From Thermoanaerobaculia bacterium (GTDB lineage Bacteria; Acidobacteriota; Thermoanaerobaculia; Multivoradales; UBA5704): 64,000 nt of DNA. Made by a program: the position numbers and the translations under genes. Of this stretch, positions 59,486-64,000 are shown one piece after another. The stretch covers positions 1-64,000 of the forward strand of contig JBGAGQ010000028.1 of assembly GCA_044226625.1 (NCBI GenBank), in the 5' to 3' direction. The notes under the pieces were generated by a model, which saw nothing but the letters and a program-made list of their open reading frames with translations, did no database searches and had not been told where the DNA came from. Every line of letters begins with the position of its first letter. The first letter of the stretch is position 1.

Positions 59486-61615
59486 TCAGCGGATCGTGAA
59501 ATCGAGGGCCGCCGCCGTCGCCGGGTTCGCGCCGTCGGCTCCCAGGACTTGAACTTCCAGGCGATAGCCGCCCGCTTTCAGACCGACCGGCTTGAAGCTC
59601 GCGAGCAGAACGTCGCCCGAGCCGGCGACCCCGGGCTCCCGCCCGATCAGCCGGACCTCTCCGCCCGGGACCTCCTTGCCGTCGGCGCCGAGCACCTTGG
59701 CGCCGAGGCGGACGTCGCCCGACGGCAGGTTCCAGGCGACGAGCGACATCGGCGCGTCCTGGCCGGCCGAAAGCGTGGGAGCGGCGGCCGGAATGTACGC
59801 TTGCTGGCGCGCCATGAACGGGTAGGGAGCGTTTTTCTGCTCGCCGCGCGGCTGCTCGCGGACGACCATCCACTTGCCCTGCGGCTCGGGGAAGAGCGGC
59901 GGGCCGACGGTGGGCTTGCCGCCCTCGGTCACCGGGACGTCGACGGACAGGATGCGGAGGTTTGAGGCGCCGGTGCGGCCGTTGCGCACCAGGACGCGCA
60001 GCGAGTAGCTGCCCGGCGCGAGCTCCAGGTGGCCGAAATATTTGAGCCCGCTCTGCGAGAGCGGTCCTTTGACCTTGCTCAAGTCGAGGCCGAGCGTCTG
60101 GCCGAAGTAGTCGCCGATGGTTCCGTCCGCTCCGAGCGCGTACGCGTAGATCTCCGCGGGCAGCACGCTCCCTTCGGTTCCGGCGAGCAGGCCCGGGCCG
60201 TCGACCTCGATCAACACCGGAACGTACGCCTTGCCGCCCGCGCCGCGGAACGGCGCGGCGAGCACGGATGCCGGCAGGCTGCCTCCCTCGCGCCCGCCCA
60301 TGATCGTATCGGCGGCGTCGAGCATGCGGGAGGTCGGATCGATCTGGTCGAACGGCTTGGGCGCGTAATAGCCGGACCGGGCGCTCACCTTGGTGCCGCG
60401 CGGAGAGTTCTTCAGCTCGACTTTCACCTTGTGATAGCTGCCGTCGCGCTTGACCTCGGGCTGGAACGAAAGGACGTAGGTGACGCTCGTCCGGTCGAGC
60501 ACCTTGCCCATCGCTTCAGAAAGGTCGTTGAAGTTCCGCAGCAGCTCGCCGCCGGTCTGCTGCGCCATCGCGAAGAGGCCGTCCTGACCGTTGGCGCGGC
60601 GCGCGCCCACCTCGCGCAGGCCGCCGATGTCGACCGCCTGGATCACGCAGTCGGCGCGTCGGAATTCCTCGACCATCTTCTCGAGGTCGTTGCCGCTTTG
60701 GGTGCTGCCGAAGCGCGTGTCGTTGTCGACGTTCCAGATCTCGCCGCTCTCCACTGAGGAGTTGATCTTGGCCGTCTCCTCGGCGTCGGCGGTGCCGACC
60801 AGGAGCGAGCTGTCGAATCCTTCGGAGAGCAGGACGACGTACTTTCGGCCGTCCACGTTGCCCATCGCTTTCGACAGATCGGAAAGCGAGCGGGTATACG
60901 CGGTGAGGCGCTGGGTCTGGAGCCGCCGGTCGGCGGTCTTGTTGCGGTCGACGTCTTCGAGAGCCTCTTCGAGAAACGCCTCGGCGCCACGGCCGCCGGG
61001 GGCCTGGACTGACGAGCCACCCCCTTCTCCTCCCGACGACTGGATCACCAGGTTGAGCGGATCGCCGCTGCGGTCGATCAGCTCGGGACGGCCCAGGGTG
61101 TCGATCGCGAGACCGATCTGCCGGCGATCGGTCGTGAAGCCGAGAGCCAGCTGGGAGCCTTTGGACGCCGAGTAGGTGGCGACCGCCACGAGATCGCTCG
61201 GAACGAGCTTGCCGACCATCTTCTTGGCCGCGTTCCGCGCGTTGAGGATCGCCTTGGGCTCGGAGTTCGAGAGGTCGAAGAGCAGGAGGAAGTGGCGGCG
61301 ACCCGAGCTCGCGAGCGGAATCGGGGCGGCGCCGGACGCGGCCGCGGTGGCGGCCTGGGTGACGTCGATCACCTCGAACCCGGTAACGGTTTGCTTCTTC
61401 TTGCCGTCAAAGACCTCGAAATCCGCGGCGGTGAGCCCGCGAACCGGCTGCCCGTCGCGCGTCACCTGGACGGGGATCTCGACCGCGACCACGTCGGTGC
61501 GCTCGCCCGAGAAGCGCTGGGCCGGGTCCGCGGCCCGCGCGGGGAGGCTCGCGAGCGAGGCCGAGAGGGCGGCGCAAACCAGCGCCCGTTGCATTCTTCT
61601 TTCGATCGAGACCAT
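59486..61615 (-). CDS. Exported VWA-domain protein, paralog 2
   Basis: GGAGG RBS, signal peptide, LFDLSNS MIDAS-like motif, GRKYVVLLSEGF. Confidence 0.88.
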   Translation of the reverse strand: MVSIERRMQRALVCAALSASLASLPARAADPAQRFSGERTDVVAVEIPVQVTRDGQPVRGLTAADFEVFDGKKKQTVTGFEVIDVTQAATAAASGAAPIPLASSGRRHFLLLFDLSNSEPKAILNARNAAKKMVGKLVPSDLVAVATYSASKGSQLALGFTTDRRQIGLAIDTLGRPELIDRSGDPLNLVIQSSGGEGGGSSVQAPGGRGAEAFLEEALEDVDRNKTADRRLQTQRLTAYTRSLSDLSKAMGNVDGRKYVVLLSEGFDSSLLVGTADAEETAKINSSVESGEIWNVDNDTRFGSTQSGNDLEKMVEEFRRADCVIQAVDIGGLREVGARRANGQDGLFAMAQQTGGELLRNFNDLSEAMGKVLDRTSVTYVLSFQPEVKRDGSYHKVKVELKNSPRGTKVSARSGYYAPKPFDQIDPTSRMLDAADTIMGGREGGSLPASVLAAPFRGAGGKAYVPVLIEVDGPGLLAGTEGSVLPAEIYAYALGADGTIGDYFGQTLGLDLSKVKGPLSQSGLKYFGHLELAPGSYSLRVLVRNGRTGASNLRILSVDVPVTEGGKPTVGPPLFPEPQGKWMVVREQPRGEQKNAPYPFMARQQAYIPAAAPTLSAGQDAPMSLVAWNLPSGDVRLGAKVLGADGKEVPGGEVRLIGREPGVAGSGDVLLASFKPVGLKAGGYRLEVQVLGADGANPATAAALDFTIR

Positions 61616-61723
61616 GGCTTCCTCCGAGGAACCGCGAATTGTCCATGCCAGCAAAGCATGGATCATATCGATCCCGCCGGCCGATGGGATCAGCCGGCGC
61701 GGCGGAGGGACGATCGGGGCCTC

Positions 61724-63904
61724 CTAGCGGACGACGAACGGCAGGGAGTTCACCTCGCGGATGCCGGTCGCCGGGTCCGTCACCTGGATCTTCAAGGTGT
61801 AGCCGCCGGCGGCGAGACCGCTGGGCGAAAAGCTCGCCACCAGCTTGTCGAGACCCGCGATCCCGGTGTCCGTTCGTTCGACCAGCTTCAATTGGGCGCC
61901 GGGCATCGTCTTTCCCGCTTCGTCGACCACTTCTCCCAACACCGAGAGATCGCCCGGTCCGAAGTTGTATCCCACCAGGTAGACGTCGGTCGGTTTGTCG
62001 GGGGAGAGCGTCGGTCGGGCGGAGGGGATGTAGGGTTCGCCCTTGAGCGTGAAGGGGTAGACGACGGAGCCTGCCCCTTCGGCTTCCTTTTGCCGCACGA
62101 GCACCCAGCTGCCCGGCGCCTCGGCGAAGAGCGGGGGGAGCAGCTCGGGCGCGTTGCTGCCGTAGGTAGGAACGTCCAGAGCCACCGATTCGACTCCCGT
62201 ACGCCCCGTGTCGGCGTTCCGCACCAGCACCCGGACGCGATACTTGCCCGGGGGCAGCGACAGGTGACCGTAATATTTGACTCCGGTCTTCTTGATCGCT
62301 TCCCGGCCGGCGCCGAGCGCGAGGCCCACCTGTTGGGTGAAGAAGTCGCGCATCTGCCCTTCGGCGTCGCTCACGTAAGCGTAGATCTCCACACCCAACC
62401 GATCGGAGGTCTGGCCCTCCAGCAGGTCCGCGCCGCCGATCTCGATGATCACCGGCACGTAGGCGAGGTTCGAGGCGGCGCGGAACGGCGCGGCGAGCAG
62501 ATGGACGTCGAGATCGCGCCGCGGCGTCGCGCTCGCGATCCCTTCCGCCGCGAGGAGATTCTTTTCGAGGGGATCGAGCTCTCCGAACGGACGAGGGGCG
62601 TAATACCCGGCCCGATGCGACAGGCGAGCGCCGGTGGGCAAGTTCGCCTTCACCCGCAGGCGATGGTAGGCGCCGTTCTCGGGCAGGTCCGAGCGCTCGA
62701 ACGTCAGGAGATAGGTCACGCTGGTGCGCTGGAGCACCTTGTTGAGCTGCTGCGAGAGGTTGTTGCCGTCTTCGAACAGCTCGCCGCCGGTTTCGTTGGC
62801 GATGTAGAACAGACCCTCCTTGCCCGCCGCCGTGCCGCTCTGGCCGATGCCGGAGCCCGTACTTCCCGCCACTCGAAGCCCGCCGATGTCGACCGCCTGG
62901 ATCACGCAGTCCGACTTGCGGAACAGCTCGAGCATCCGGTTGACGTCGTTCTGCAGCTCGGTGTTGCCGTAGCGGTTGTCGAGATCCGTCATCCAGGTCT
63001 GGCCGGTCGCGATCTCCTGCGCCTCCTGGATCGCATCCTCGGTCTGGCCCACCCCCCGCCCGAGCATCAGACGGCTGTCGAACCCTTCGGAGAAGAAGAT
63101 CACCTGCTTGCGCCCTTTGAGGCTGGAGAGGCTCTTGGCCACCGCGCCGAGGGTCCGGCTGAGCGCGGAGACGCGGCTCTGGTCGAACATGCGCTGGTCT
63201 TTTTGGCCCATCGCGCTCAGCGAGGCGAGGTAGTCGCCGAGTGCGCCGCCGGTGCGGTCGTCGCGGAGGTTCGGAATCTGCCCCTGGCCGGAGCCCGTCG
63301 CCTCGGAAGCGGAAACCTGTGCCTGGTCGACCACGAAGCGGAGGGGGTCGTAGCGCTCGCCGGACAGATCGCTCTTCGAGCCGAGCGTGTCGATGCCGCG
63401 CGCGAGCTGCGCGCGATCGGGCGTGAAGGTCACGACCAGGCGGGGACCCCGTTCGAGCGAGATCGTCGCGACCGCGGCGAGGTCGGTCGGAGCGAGCGAA
63501 TGGAGCACGAAGTCGCGCGCCGCGAGGCGCGCTTTGAGGATCGACGGAACCGAGGAGAACGAGAGGTCGAACAGGAGAAGGAAGTGACGCCGCGACGGCG
63601 CGTCCAGCAAGTCGACGCGCGCCCGGTTCGGTTCGGCCGAAATGACGTTGAGGTCGACCACCTCGAAGCTCTCGATCGATTGCTTCTTGCCGTCGTCGAA
63701 GATCTCGAAGTCCTTCGCGGTGAGGCCGCGGATCGCCTGGCCGTCGCGTCCGACGACGTTGACCGGCACCTCGACGGCGACCACGCGCGAGGCGTCTTCG
63801 AACCGCTCTTTGGCCGGAGCCTGGGCGACCGACCCTCGGGGCGCCCCCGCGAAGAGCAGGGCGACGGGAAGGGCTGCCGAAAGAAGATGGCGGGACGGGC
63901 GCAT
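61724..63904 (-). CDS. Exported VWA-domain protein, paralog 1
   Basis: GAGGAG RBS, signal peptide, LFDLSFS, GRKQVIFFSEGF, ANETGG. Confidence 0.88.
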   Translation of the reverse strand: MRPSRHLLSAALPVALLFAGAPRGSVAQAPAKERFEDASRVVAVEVPVNVVGRDGQAIRGLTAKDFEIFDDGKKQSIESFEVVDLNVISAEPNRARVDLLDAPSRRHFLLLFDLSFSSVPSILKARLAARDFVLHSLAPTDLAAVATISLERGPRLVVTFTPDRAQLARGIDTLGSKSDLSGERYDPLRFVVDQAQVSASEATGSGQGQIPNLRDDRTGGALGDYLASLSAMGQKDQRMFDQSRVSALSRTLGAVAKSLSSLKGRKQVIFFSEGFDSRLMLGRGVGQTEDAIQEAQEIATGQTWMTDLDNRYGNTELQNDVNRMLELFRKSDCVIQAVDIGGLRVAGSTGSGIGQSGTAAGKEGLFYIANETGGELFEDGNNLSQQLNKVLQRTSVTYLLTFERSDLPENGAYHRLRVKANLPTGARLSHRAGYYAPRPFGELDPLEKNLLAAEGIASATPRRDLDVHLLAAPFRAASNLAYVPVIIEIGGADLLEGQTSDRLGVEIYAYVSDAEGQMRDFFTQQVGLALGAGREAIKKTGVKYYGHLSLPPGKYRVRVLVRNADTGRTGVESVALDVPTYGSNAPELLPPLFAEAPGSWVLVRQKEAEGAGSVVYPFTLKGEPYIPSARPTLSPDKPTDVYLVGYNFGPGDLSVLGEVVDEAGKTMPGAQLKLVERTDTGIAGLDKLVASFSPSGLAAGGYTLKIQVTDPATGIREVNSLPFVVR

Positions 63905-64000
63905 GGTGCTCTCCTCTGGGCCACGAAACCTCGGGGTTTCCCTCTGGCCGTACGAACGCCGTGCTAGGAACCACCTCCGGCCTCACGGCCGTGGTAGACC

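Noticed and set aside
54943-63904. Diversity-generating retroelement acting on the VWA repeats
   Set aside because: No reverse transcriptase in the window, and paralog differences are not adenine-specific; plain tandem duplication explains the similarity.

Overview
High-GC bacterial chromosomal window. The gene content (four tandem Acidobacterial-type VWA genes, DUF4388, GldA/F/G-DUF4340, hspR) suggests Acidobacteriota, possibly Thermoanaerobaculia; this is inference. Most of it is housekeeping, envelope, transport and signalling: envC-ctpA-yibQ-like operon, tesA-ybbAP, mazG, dnaK-hsp20-hspR, DnaC-like ATPase, SpoIID, carbamoyltransferase, two APC permeases, FIST plus GGDEF/EAL, and rlmI-like. 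Accessory material comprises two toxin-antitoxin pairs (Xre/MbcA-RES and FitA-VapC), two scars where a truncated defence-like gene is fused to a decapitated IS (IS1595, IS66), and an AT-richer two-gene insert after hspR. The best candidate for an undescribed system is that insert. A membrane protein ends in, and the adjacent caspase-like CHAT protease begins with, the same 19-aa Asn/Gln/Ser/Gly/Val-rich motif (13/19 identical, mostly with different codons). This resembles an amyloid (BASS/RHIM-like) signalling pair with no NLR. No rRNA, tRNA or CRISPR array was recognised. All family calls come from motif recognition by eye, not from database searches.
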